DNA from: an uncultured Anaerolinea sp.
GTDB taxonomy: Bacteria > Chloroflexota > Anaerolineae > Anaerolineales > Anaerolineaceae
Direction: 5' to 3'
Assembly: GCA_964483135.1 (NCBI GenBank)
Contig: CAZAAJ010000002.1
Location: 6,511 to 70,510, forward strand
Length of the DNA stretch: 64,000 nucleotides
Below the pieces are notes generated by a model. It saw nothing but the letters and a program-made list of their open reading frames with translations, had not been told where the DNA came from and ran no database searches. Positions 19,064 to 27,445 of this stretch are shown piece after piece (within the stretch, counting starts at the first letter, position 1; every line of letters starts with the position of its first letter). The translations under genes and the position numbers were made by a program.

Positions 19064-19089
19064 AAAAAAACACTCCCTTCCGGGAGTGT
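19064..19089 (-). terminator. Rho-independent terminator directly after tRNA-Phe
   Basis: On the minus strand: ACACTCCC GGAA GGGAGTGT followed by TTTTTTT (plus-strand A-run 19064-19070). It begins 4 nt after the tRNA 3' end. Confidence 0.75.
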
Positions 19090-19093
19090 CGTG

Positions 19094-19166
19094 TGCCGAG
19101 GACCAGGATCGGACTGGTGACCCCACAATTTTCAGTCGTGTGCTCTACCAACTGAGCTACCTCGGC
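19094..19166 (-). tRNA. tRNA-Phe (anticodon GAA)
   Basis: 73 nt: GCCGAGG-TA-GCTC-AGTTGGTA-GAGC-A-CACGA-CTGAAAA-TTGTG-GGGTC-ACCAG-TCCGATC-CTGGT-CCTCGGC-A. Full cloverleaf with a 7-bp acceptor stem, anticodon loop CU-GAA-AA and discriminator A. CCA is not encoded. Confidence 0.93.
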
Positions 19167-19176
19167 AGTGATGCCT

Positions 19177-19205
19177 ATTCTACCCTGTGCAGGTTCGATT
19201 GTCAA
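19177..19205 (-). promoter_or_regulatory. Sigma70-type promoter of tRNA-Phe
   Basis: Minus strand TTGACA (19205-19200), 17 nt, then TAGAAT (19182-19177). The -10 element ends 10 nt before the mature tRNA 5' end. Confidence 0.6.
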
Positions 19206-19209
19206 GAAA

Positions 19210-19237
19210 TTGGATTTTCAGGTTTGGATTTTCAGGT
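19210..19237. repeat. Perfect 14-bp tandem duplication (TTGGATTTTCAGGT x2)
   Basis: 19210-19223 and 19224-19237 are identical. The repeat lies 2 nt from the stop of the 19240..19779 gene and 4 nt upstream of the tRNA -35 element. Confidence 0.9.
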
Positions 19238-19239
19238 TC

Positions 19240-19779
19240 TCAATCCAGCGGGCTCAGCCTGAATTCGAACACGTGTGATCCCTGCGCGTCTTGCGGACAC
19301 GACACCTCGGCAGCCTGGAAGAATTTTCCGCTGGCGGTCCAACTCAGGAATTCCTGGAACAACCCCAAATAGAAAGCGCAATCCATTGGGTTGGACTGAT
19401 GTTCGCTGGTGTATTGGATCATCAGTTTATCATTTGCAGTTTTTACATGGAATTTATAAGCAGTATTTTTTTCCAGCCAGGTGGTTATATCCCCAATCCC
19501 GCGGGTAACCTTCTGCCTGAATGACAACAGGCGGTACTCAGGATGCTGCCAGCCATGCGCCTCAGCGTGATCCCGCAGCCAGTAATGCAAACCGGCGCGG
19601 CCTGCCCGCTGCACCATTCCCCGCGTGCAGTCAACGCCGAACTTTTCAACGCAGGTAAAAATACGAGTTTCAGGATCGCTGTCCGGGCCTGAATTCCCTA
19701 TTTCGCTTCCATCCCCCAGCACTTCAGCGAGTCCTTCATATAAATATTTTTTTGTTGGGGTGAGTGATTTTTGGCTCAA
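19240..19779 (-). CDS. Hypothetical protein, V4R-like (4-vinyl-reductase-type small-molecule-binding) domain suspected
   Basis: 179 aa. Its start overlaps the GTPase stop (ATGA). The C-terminal pattern DCAFYLGLFQEFLSW...AAEVSCPQDAQGSHVFEF resembles the Cys-containing V4R signature. Family call is tentative. Confidence 0.55.
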   Translation of the reverse strand: MSQKSLTPTKKYLYEGLAEVLGDGSEIGNSGPDSDPETRIFTCVEKFGVDCTRGMVQRAGRAGLHYWLRDHAEAHGWQHPEYRLLSFRQKVTRGIGDITTWLEKNTAYKFHVKTANDKLMIQYTSEHQSNPMDCAFYLGLFQEFLSWTASGKFFQAAEVSCPQDAQGSHVFEFRLSPLD

Positions 19780-20318
19780 TGATTTTTATCCATTTCTTCG
19801 AGGATGCTGTAAAGTAGCTCTAAAAGCACGGTTTTAACAGAGCTCTTTTTCTTTGCGATACAGGGAAGAATCTTAATGTTCTTATCCAGGCGTAGCGCCA
19901 GGCGAATATCTTCAATATCCCACGCGTCCGGCAAGTCCTGCTTATTGGCAGCCACCAGGTAGGGCGTCGGCGCGTATGCATGGAATGTTTCCAGGATGCT
20001 GCGGGCTTCTTTAAATGTTTCAGGCCGGGTGCTGTCGATCATCACAATAAACCCGAGCATTCCTTCCGAAAGGATCTCCCACATAAAGTCAAACCGTTTT
20101 TGCCCTGGGGTGCCGAACAGGAAGAGCACCAGGTCATCATCAACCGTGATGCGTCCAAAATCCATGGCAACGGTTGTGCTTTCCTTCACCATTTCCCCTT
20201 TAGAGGAAACCTTTTTCTCCGTCGAAACTACTTCAATCTCGCTAACCGAACGGATAAGTTCGGTTTTCCCCGAGTTGAAAGGTCCTGTAACAACTATTTT
20301 GACGGTCTGAGTTTGCAT
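19776..20318 (-). CDS. Small Ras-like GTPase, CvnD/MglA-related (COG2229-type)
   Basis: 180 aa. P-loop GPFNSGKT, switch region TTVAMDFGRI, G3 written FGTPGQ (Thr in place of Asp, as in MglA/CvnD) and G4 NKQD. Confidence 0.85.
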   Translation of the reverse strand: MQTQTVKIVVTGPFNSGKTELIRSVSEIEVVSTEKKVSSKGEMVKESTTVAMDFGRITVDDDLVLFLFGTPGQKRFDFMWEILSEGMLGFIVMIDSTRPETFKEARSILETFHAYAPTPYLVAANKQDLPDAWDIEDIRLALRLDKNIKILPCIAKKKSSVKTVLLELLYSILEEMDKNH

Positions 20319-20333
20319 AGATCGGGTCCTTCG

Positions 20334-21149
20334 TTATATTGACCGAATTTTGTTGATCAATCGGTTGACCAGTGATTTTTGTTCCACCGGATCCTTGGTG
20401 GGGAACATTTTTTGCGGCAGAACAACCTGGGTGCCGCTCGGGCGTACCAGTTCCACCAGCCCCGCCTGCAGCAGCGCATAAACAATGCGGCGAATTTCAA
20501 GGTCATTCAATTGAGTGGCTTTGGCGATTTGCTGAATGGTGTTCTTGGGATTCACGTAATTGACAACGCGCCATTCTTCAACCGATAAATTTACATCGCG
20601 GATATTCATGCCCGGGCGATCGGTGAACTTGAGCGCCATTTCAAGGCTCGGCAGTTCGCTCTTAAGTTCCTCCAATTCCTGGGTTTGCCTGGCGCCTTCA
20701 ATGATCAGGTTTTCCAGGTCCAACTTTACCGGGATCTTTTCAACCGGGGTCAATTCACCGGTCTCAAAATGGAAGAAACCCTCAGCCCACGAGAATAACT
20801 GCCGTACAACATCAGAATAGATGGATTCCAGGGTTGAAAGTATCTGTTCCTGGCTTAGATATCCCGCATTCATCAGGTAAATCCCCATTTCCTTGTCATT
20901 GGGGGTTGCATGTTTGGCAGCGATCGGGGTGGCCTGGGATGCAGTGAGCACTTCCTGCTCCACCAGTTCCTGCAGCAGTTGTTTTGTGCTATTCTCAAAT
21001 TCAGCGAAACTCAATTTTCCATCACGGAAAATGACCCGGGCATTGTTCCCCGGGCCTTCAACGTAAAGACCGCCTGTTTTGGTAGCCAGGTTGATCAGGT
21101 TGAGCAACTGTAAGATTGAGAAATCCCGAATATTGCCTTTAAGGGCCAT
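20334..21149 (-). CDS. DUF4388 (PATAN) domain protein with C-terminal wHTH (DUF742-like) region
   Basis: 271 aa. The N-terminus MALKGNIRDFSILQLLNLINLATKTGGLYVE is the hallmark DUF4388 start. The C-terminus LSVEEWRVVNYVNPKNTIQQIAKATQLNDLEIRRIVYALLQAGLVEL looks like a winged helix. Confidence 0.8.
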   Translation of the reverse strand: MALKGNIRDFSILQLLNLINLATKTGGLYVEGPGNNARVIFRDGKLSFAEFENSTKQLLQELVEQEVLTASQATPIAAKHATPNDKEMGIYLMNAGYLSQEQILSTLESIYSDVVRQLFSWAEGFFHFETGELTPVEKIPVKLDLENLIIEGARQTQELEELKSELPSLEMALKFTDRPGMNIRDVNLSVEEWRVVNYVNPKNTIQQIAKATQLNDLEIRRIVYALLQAGLVELVRPSGTQVVLPQKMFPTKDPVEQKSLVNRLINKIRSI

Positions 21150-21253
21150 GATTTCCTATTAACGATTTAATTGATTCTGAAATTATACAGTCAAGGTTGG
21201 GATGCGTCAAATTCGACCTTGGGTATAATAAACCGGATAACGGAATTTAAATA

Positions 21254-22891
21254 ATGCCATCACTCTCCAAATACCTTTCATCAATTGACCACGACCTGTT
21301 GTACAGGATTGCCTATCATTGGGAGGTCGAAGTTGAGTCTGGTGACCTGAAGAAAATCGAATCTGACCTTGCCGCCGCGATGTCTAACAGGCTAAAGGTT
21401 GAGGAAATGCTTGATATCCTGCCTCCTGACGCAAAACCTGCCTGGAATGCGCTGCTCGCAAAATCCAACCGGATACCCTGGAGCGAATTCAGTCATCAGT
21501 TCGGCTCGATACGTGAATTAGGTCCTGCAGCACGTGAACGGGAAAACCCCGACCAGCACCCGATAAATATTACGGAATACCTGTATTATCGCGGGTTGAT
21601 TGCCCGTGCCTTCATGGACACATCGCCAGAGCCCCGGGAATTCGCATTTATACCGGATGAGATTGCCTCCTTGTTCCATTACACAACTTCGCCTCCAGCA
21701 ACATCCGGGGTCCGACCGGTTCCCCCATCCGAGATCAAGCGCCACCAGTCAGGGAATACGCGTCTGCTAGACCATATGACCGACTGGCTGGCACAATTGC
21801 GCATGGATCAAAAACTGGAACCCGGTTATTTTGAAAAAGCACAGGTCAGCCAGCAGTTTGTGGAAGCCACGGCTGCCAGTATTAAACTGGTTTCAGCCAG
21901 GCTGGAATTATCTCCAGAGAAGATCGGAAATTTCCTCCAAGCGGACCGGTTAATCACTCTCAGGGAATTATTCCAGCTTTGGAAATCAAGCGAAGCGGTC
22001 AACGACCTGCTGATGATACCCGGACTGATATTCGAAGGGACCTGGCGGTATGATCCGGTTTTTTCGCGGCAGGTGATCCTTCAGCAGGTGGTCAATTTTG
22101 ACCTACAAACCTGGTTCAGCTTATCCTCATTAATTTCAAGGATAAAGACGGAATCCGCTGATTTCCTGCGCCCCGCGGGTGATTTTGACAGCTGGTCCAT
22201 CCGTAAAAAAGGCACAAAAGAATACCTGAGCGGGCGTGAGCATTGGGATGATGTGGAAGGCGCTTATATTCAATACCTGTTCGCCGGACCGCTGCATTGG
22301 CTGGGGTTGGTTGACCTGGCTTACGATTCCACCGAACCGGCACCTGTTGCCTTCCGAATTTCACCCATTGCAGGCTACCTGCTAAAACCGGAATTCCCTG
22401 TGCCTGTTATGGCACCTGAAGCTGCGCCAAAATTGCTTTCTGACCTTACGATCGTGATGCCGGTCAATTCCTCAAGGCTGCTGCGTTACCAGGTTGGCAG
22501 GTTTACGAAGATCATCAGCAATTCCTCTAGCGAAACACGATTCCAGATCAGCACGGATTCCCTCACCACTGCAGAGAAGCATGGACTCAAGGTAGACCAG
22601 TTACTGCAATTGCTGGAAAAACAGGTCAAACTCCCGCTACCTGCCTCGTATAAAAAACTCGCCGAGCGCTGGGATCAGCGCCGGATCGAAGTGAAGATGG
22701 AAAAAGCCACCCTGCTGCGGGTCGAGGATCCCGAAGTGATCAAGATCCTGATGGATAATCCGCGTACTGCCCGCCTGATTCGTGAAACCCTGACTGAGAA
22801 AATCATCACCCTTGAGCCTGCCGGCATGGAACTGGTAAAAAAAGTCCTGCTCGAAGCGGGTATTCTTTCTCAAATTGAACTGGATGTATAA
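21254..22891 (+). CDS. Hypothetical protein (C-terminal region reminiscent of XPB-associated Helicase_C_3/DRD-like domain; no NTPase motifs)
   Basis: 545 aa, single long ORF, divergent from the PATAN operon. I found no Walker A motif. The family call is weak and from memory. Confidence 0.6.
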   Translation: MPSLSKYLSSIDHDLLYRIAYHWEVEVESGDLKKIESDLAAAMSNRLKVEEMLDILPPDAKPAWNALLAKSNRIPWSEFSHQFGSIRELGPAARERENPDQHPINITEYLYYRGLIARAFMDTSPEPREFAFIPDEIASLFHYTTSPPATSGVRPVPPSEIKRHQSGNTRLLDHMTDWLAQLRMDQKLEPGYFEKAQVSQQFVEATAASIKLVSARLELSPEKIGNFLQADRLITLRELFQLWKSSEAVNDLLMIPGLIFEGTWRYDPVFSRQVILQQVVNFDLQTWFSLSSLISRIKTESADFLRPAGDFDSWSIRKKGTKEYLSGREHWDDVEGAYIQYLFAGPLHWLGLVDLAYDSTEPAPVAFRISPIAGYLLKPEFPVPVMAPEAAPKLLSDLTIVMPVNSSRLLRYQVGRFTKIISNSSSETRFQISTDSLTTAEKHGLKVDQLLQLLEKQVKLPLPASYKKLAERWDQRRIEVKMEKATLLRVEDPEVIKILMDNPRTARLIRETLTEKIITLEPAGMELVKKVLLEAGILSQIELDV

Positions 22892-22927
22892 TAAATCCGC
22901 TCAAAAATAATCAATCTATGAGGTGCT

Positions 22928-24112
22928 ATGACTAATCGCTTGAACTGGATACAGGATGAACTCCACACCCTTCAGGAAGCCGGTTTATTCAACCGCATCC
23001 GTACGCTCGGATCTCCACAGGGCGCCTGGCTGGTTGTGGACGGTAAAAAAGTGCTCAATTTCTGTTCAAATAATTACCTCGGGTTGGCAAATGATCCCCG
23101 CCTGGTGAAAGCCGCAACCGACGCGTTGAATAAATACGGGGTCGGACCGGGTGCAGTGCGTTCCATCGCTGGAACCATGCAGATCCACCTGGACCTGGAA
23201 AAACGGATCGCTGAATTTAAAGGTGTGGATGCTGCCATTGCCCTTCAATCCGGCTTTTCTGCCAACCTGGCAGCCATCCCGGCGATGGTGCAAAAAGAGG
23301 ATGTCCTTTTCACCGATGAACTTAACCACGCCAGCATTATTGACGGCTGCCGCCTTTCCGGCGCCCGTATTGTAAAGTACCTGCATACAGACCCCGTTGA
23401 CCTGGAACGGGTAATCAAGGAGAATGCCGGCACTTACCGCCGCGCTCTTTGCATCACGGATGGTGTTTTTAGTATGGATGGCGATATCGCCCCACTGGAC
23501 AAGATTTACGAGATCACCAGTAAATATGAAGTGATGCTGGCAGTGGATGACGCCCACGGTGAGGGGGTTATCGGGCGCAACGGACGCGGGATTGTCGATC
23601 ATTTCGATCTGCACGGAAAGGTTGACCTTGAGATCGGCACTTTCTCCAAAGCGTTCGGTGTGATGGGCGGGGTTTGCGCCGGCAACCAGCTGGTCGTCGA
23701 CTGGATCCGCCAGCGCGGACGACCCTTCCTCTTTAGCTCAGCTGCCACACCGGCAGATACTGCTGCCTGCATTGCCGCAGTCGATATTTTGGAAAAGTCA
23801 TCCGAACTGGTTGACCGGTTATGGGAGAATGCGCGCTACTTCAAAGCCGCCATGAAGGACATGGGGTTCGACACAGGCGTCAGCGCCACACCGATCACCC
23901 CGGTCATGCTGGGCGAAGCCGCCACTGCGCAGCAGTTCAGCCGTGAACTCTTCGAAGAATCCGTTTTTGCGATGCCGCTTGGATTTCCCACTGTACCAAA
24001 AGGAAAGGCGCGCATCCGGGTAATGATCTCCGCAGCCCACACCCGCCAGGATCTCGACCAGGGGCTGGCTGCTTTCCAAAAAGTTGGCCGGAAACTTGGA
24101 CTGGTGAAGTAA
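22928..24112 (+). CDS. kbl: Glycine C-acetyltransferase (2-amino-3-ketobutyrate CoA ligase)
   Basis: 394 aa. Collinear with E. coli Kbl as I recall it: [49 protein letters not shown]-lysine GTFSKAFG, and RPFLFS. BioF is the less likely alternative. Confidence 0.88.
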   Translation: MTNRLNWIQDELHTLQEAGLFNRIRTLGSPQGAWLVVDGKKVLNFCSNNYLGLANDPRLVKAATDALNKYGVGPGAVRSIAGTMQIHLDLEKRIAEFKGVDAAIALQSGFSANLAAIPAMVQKEDVLFTDELNHASIIDGCRLSGARIVKYLHTDPVDLERVIKENAGTYRRALCITDGVFSMDGDIAPLDKIYEITSKYEVMLAVDDAHGEGVIGRNGRGIVDHFDLHGKVDLEIGTFSKAFGVMGGVCAGNQLVVDWIRQRGRPFLFSSAATPADTAACIAAVDILEKSSELVDRLWENARYFKAAMKDMGFDTGVSATPITPVMLGEAATAQQFSRELFEESVFAMPLGFPTVPKGKARIRVMISAAHTRQDLDQGLAAFQKVGRKLGLVK

Positions 24113-24127
24113 CTGGATTAATAAAAA

Positions 24128-24154
24128 AAGAGAGGACCTCACGGGTCTTCTCTT
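24128..24154. terminator. Bidirectional terminator hairpin between kbl and the glycan operon end
   Basis: AAGAGAGGAC (24128-24137), 7-nt loop, GTCTTCTCTT (24145-24154). 10 bp with one G-U pair, an A-run upstream and a T-run downstream. Confidence 0.6.
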
Positions 24155-24940
24155 TTATGTAAACATGCGTTTACGTTTCGAATTGATCAACGGAGAAACA
24201 ATTTTCCGCAGGTAATATTTGAATACGATTGGCGCAAACCAGCTGCCGCCATCGCGGTAATGCACCCGCAGCATTTCCGGCCAGCAGCGGTCATCGGCAC
24301 TTACTGTTTTTGCGCCGGAATGCAGGCGGAATTTTGCCCACGGAGTACCAGGCAGATACTTCAACTGTGTAACCTTTGCCAGCCGCACCCACAGGTCGTA
24401 ATCCATGGCGAAGAAAAAACTCGGATCCAATGGACCTGTTTTGCGCCAGTGTTCAGCCCGGAAGAAAGCTGCCGGCTGCGGAATGTGAACAAACCCGCGG
24501 CGCAGCCGGGCAAGATCGGTTTGCGCTGCGTTGAACCTGCCGATAACCTTATCATTCTCGTCAATGAAATCCAGATCGCCGTAAACCATGCCAATTTCTG
24601 GATGTTCCTGAAGGTATGCAACTGCAGCTGAAACAGCACCCGGGGTATAGGCGTCGTCAGAATTCACCCACGCGAGGATTTCACCATGCGCCTTTGAAAA
24701 CCCTTTGTTCAAGGCATCGGTTTGGCCTTTATCTCGTTCTGAAATCCAATAGGCAAGTCTGTCAGTATACTTTTCGATCACAGCAACGCTGTTATCCGAT
24801 GAACCGCCATCGATCACAATGTACTCGATACGTGGATAGTCCTGCTCAAGGACTGAGCGCATCGTCTGTTCCAGGAATCGTCCTTGGTTGAAAGACGGGG
24901 TGACGATAGAAACCAGCGGTTTTTTACCAATGGCAGACAT
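24155..24940 (-). CDS. Glycosyltransferase family 2
   Basis: 261 aa. The N-terminal GT-A signature is VSIVTPSFNQGRFLEQTMRSVLEQDYPRIEYIVIDGGSSD ... NSDD. It is a paralogue of 26474..27445. Confidence 0.88.
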   Translation of the reverse strand: MSAIGKKPLVSIVTPSFNQGRFLEQTMRSVLEQDYPRIEYIVIDGGSSDNSVAVIEKYTDRLAYWISERDKGQTDALNKGFSKAHGEILAWVNSDDAYTPGAVSAAVAYLQEHPEIGMVYGDLDFIDENDKVIGRFNAAQTDLARLRRGFVHIPQPAAFFRAEHWRKTGPLDPSFFFAMDYDLWVRLAKVTQLKYLPGTPWAKFRLHSGAKTVSADDRCWPEMLRVHYRDGGSWFAPIVFKYYLRKIVSPLINSKRKRMFT

Positions 24941-26490
24941 TATTTGATTGTTCCTAACGGGTGGCGCAGGTCGAACAGGTAATATCCATCTCCCTGTTCA
25001 TAAGGGTAATTGGCGAAAAGATAGTTATGCAGCTCAGTTTGTGCTTCAAAATCCCCGATGAGGGTCACCAAAAAGTAATCCATCCCATCAGTACTGGATC
25101 TAAAATACTCCACAAATTCCGGGGATGATACCCCACCGAGCTCACGCACCACCATATCTCCGCGAGTTGGCCAGTCCTTTGGCAGGACGAACCCCCAGTA
25201 CTGCAAACGGTAGCCGTAATCATGGGTTAAACCGATCACCTGCTTGTTTAAGCCAATTTTCTCTCCCAACGTCTTCCAGTAAGCGGCTTCATGACGGTAA
25301 CTGGCAAGTTGAAGATTGTTACGAGTCACCAGGGCTGCAAGCACCATTCCTGCGAAAAGGATGAGTACAACAAGAACGCGAAATAGTTTCGAAAGCTCAA
25401 GCGATTCCAGTTTCTGGAATATCACGTCAGCAATAATCCCAAAACCGATGGCAACAATGAAAACCAGCGGCAGGCTGTAATAGTTATGGGTATAAATATG
25501 ATAAGCAAAGGTAAACCCAAAAATTATGTAACCTATCCATAATAAAAGGTAGATAATTCGGAAATCCTTTTGCCTGATGAGAAAAAAAGCCAGAATTGCC
25601 AGGAAAAGCGGGAAATATCCAACAATCGATTTGGCCATGGTGAACCAGTGGTGATACCAGCTGGGATCCATATACAATGCAGGAAAAAAGCGCGAGCCGA
25701 AGATCGAGCCTTCATTACCACCAACGGTAGCACTAATCACGTTGAAAAGGATTGCTGGAACCAGGGCAAGGACCGCCATCAGGTAGACGTGCCAATCCCT
25801 GATCCAATTCTTGAATCCTTTCATTAACACCATGCATGCAAGTGGCAATCCGACAAAAAACACCGAAGGAGCTTTAACAAAAACTGCCAGCCCTGTGAGG
25901 AGCCCCGCCAGGATTGAATTTTTTAAAGTGCTGTCCTTGAACCATTTATATTGAAAATATATAGCCCACAGTATGCACGAAATCATTAATGGGTCAGGTT
26001 GAAAAGACCGGCTGGCATAAACACCAAACGGAACAAACAGGTAGAAAGCCAGCGCTGCCAAGGCACCATTGACAGAGATCAATCTCCTGGTGAGCAGGAA
26101 TAGCGGGATTCCTCCGATCACCCAAAACAGGATGGAGAAGAATCGTCCGGCATTTGGCCATTCCCTGCCCAGCAAAGCATAGGTATATGCAGCAAGGTGT
26201 TCCATGATCGGTGGTTCAATTGCAGACTGGCCTTCACCGGCAGTAATGCCTATTCGCCTGATATCCGGATCCAGGGTATTCATTTGAGGGATATCCATCT
26301 TGTAATAAATACCCCTCGCCATCAGCAGGGAATGAAGTTGCCGTGTTGCAGCAAAATCCAATTGCAAATCGGAAAAATCAAAAAAACGAACAGCGAAACC
26401 ACCCAGCAATAAAATAGTGACCAGGATCCACTGGATGATCTTATTGGGTCTAAGGAAGAGCGCTGTATGGCTGTTATCTGTCTGCATCAT
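24940..26490 (-). CDS. Polytopic GT-C-type glycosyltransferase (GT39/GT83, ArnT/PMT-like)
   Basis: 516 aa, about 12 TM segments followed by a soluble C-terminal domain of about 110 aa. Acidic residues lie in the first extracytoplasmic loop (DFSDLQLD). Overlaps both neighbours. Confidence 0.6.
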   Translation of the reverse strand: MMQTDNSHTALFLRPNKIIQWILVTILLLGGFAVRFFDFSDLQLDFAATRQLHSLLMARGIYYKMDIPQMNTLDPDIRRIGITAGEGQSAIEPPIMEHLAAYTYALLGREWPNAGRFFSILFWVIGGIPLFLLTRRLISVNGALAALAFYLFVPFGVYASRSFQPDPLMISCILWAIYFQYKWFKDSTLKNSILAGLLTGLAVFVKAPSVFFVGLPLACMVLMKGFKNWIRDWHVYLMAVLALVPAILFNVISATVGGNEGSIFGSRFFPALYMDPSWYHHWFTMAKSIVGYFPLFLAILAFFLIRQKDFRIIYLLLWIGYIIFGFTFAYHIYTHNYYSLPLVFIVAIGFGIIADVIFQKLESLELSKLFRVLVVLILFAGMVLAALVTRNNLQLASYRHEAAYWKTLGEKIGLNKQVIGLTHDYGYRLQYWGFVLPKDWPTRGDMVVRELGGVSSPEFVEYFRSSTDGMDYFLVTLIGDFEAQTELHNYLFANYPYEQGDGYYLFDLRHPLGTIK

Positions 26491-27445
26491 TACAGTCCTC
26501 GGATGTGTGTGGGTTTTGTCGTTTTACCCGCCTGCGGATAAACCATGACCTAAAGTTTTCCAACCCCAAGGGAGCAAAGAAAGCGAAAACCATACGGTAC
26601 CATTCTCTGCCCAAACCACGGGGATTGAGGCAAAAGCTCTTCCAATAGGTTTTAAATGACCCGCGGTAATCCTTCGCATCCAAAAGGTAAAAACCATTCA
26701 GGCGGTTTGCCCCGGCGATGATATCTTTACGATGCCGGTAAAATTCTCCAGATAAATTCGGCTGGGCCGGCATCCATTCCACTATGCGCAATGCCTCTTG
26801 TCCAAATGCTGCGGCCTGCTTCAAGTTTTTGCAATCTTCGTGGTAGTGCGCGCAAGCCCAAAGCCGGGGAATGTACTGCACCTCCCCGACCGCTGCCAGG
26901 CGGATCCACAGGTGATGGTCAAGGAGGAAGTGATAGCTGGTATCCAGGAATCCTGTTTTTTCAAGAGCAGTACGCCGCATGAAAACCGCTGGCTGCCCGA
27001 TGATGTGGAAAGACATCAGGTCGGAAAGCTGCCAATTCCTATAGGTCAACGTGTTCAGGACCTTGCCATCCAGGGTGACCACCCGGACATTACCGTAAAC
27101 GAAACTAGCCTGAGGATGCTCCTGCAGGGCTTTTACCGCGGATGCCACTGTACCGGGCAAGAGGTAATCGTCTGAATTCAACCAGGCAATAAACTCGCCT
27201 TTGGAACGCACCAGCCCCTTGTTGATCGCCTCGGCTTGCCCGGAATCCTTTTCCGAAACCCACCAGGTTAACCGGGCAGCATACTTGTTGATGATATCAA
27301 CACTGCCGTCTTTTGACCCGCCATCTACCACCATGTAATCAATGGCAGGGTAATCCTGATCAAGCACAGAGCGTATTGTCTTTTCCAGGAAGGCAGCCTG
27401 GTTAAAAGAGGGGGTGATAATACTGACCAAAGGGGTTGAAGACAT
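26474..27445 (-). CDS. Glycosyltransferase family 2
   Basis: 323 aa, with VSIITPSFNQAAFLEKTIRSVLDQDYPAIDYMVVDGGSKD ... NSDD. Same architecture as 24155..24940, plus a C-terminal extension. Confidence 0.88.
   Translation of the reverse strand: MSSTPLVSIITPSFNQAAFLEKTIRSVLDQDYPAIDYMVVDGGSKDGSVDIINKYAARLTWWVSEKDSGQAEAINKGLVRSKGEFIAWLNSDDYLLPGTVASAVKALQEHPQASFVYGNVRVVTLDGKVLNTLTYRNWQLSDLMSFHIIGQPAVFMRRTALEKTGFLDTSYHFLLDHHLWIRLAAVGEVQYIPRLWACAHYHEDCKNLKQAAAFGQEALRIVEWMPAQPNLSGEFYRHRKDIIAGANRLNGFYLLDAKDYRGSFKTYWKSFCLNPRGLGREWYRMVFAFFAPLGLENFRSWFIRRRVKRQNPHTSEDCNDADR

Noticed and set aside
19094-19166. tRNA-Phe as an attachment site for a genomic island
   Set aside because: I found no integrase, excisionase or phage genes, and no repeated copy of the tRNA 3' end on either side. 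The neighbouring genes look like ordinary chromosomal genes. The low-GC insert is 20 kb away and not tRNA-linked.
19035-19205. N-terminal 57 codons of track ORF 18189..19205 (MTIEPAQGRIGITAEVAQLVEHTTENCGVTSPILVLG...)
   Set aside because: This stretch is the tRNA-Phe gene, its promoter and its terminator read in frame; AQLVEH is a classic tRNA translation artefact. The peptidase gene starts at the internal ATG at 19034.
22928-24112. Alternative call of this PLP enzyme as BioF (8-amino-7-oxononanoate synthase), or as the missing sugar aminotransferase of the NulO locus
   Set aside because: It is collinear with Kbl, including the Kbl-like N-terminal region. It belongs to the alpha-oxoamine synthase class, not DegT/PseC-type sugar aminotransferases. 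A bidirectional terminator also separates it from the glycan operon. BioF cannot be fully excluded without a search.
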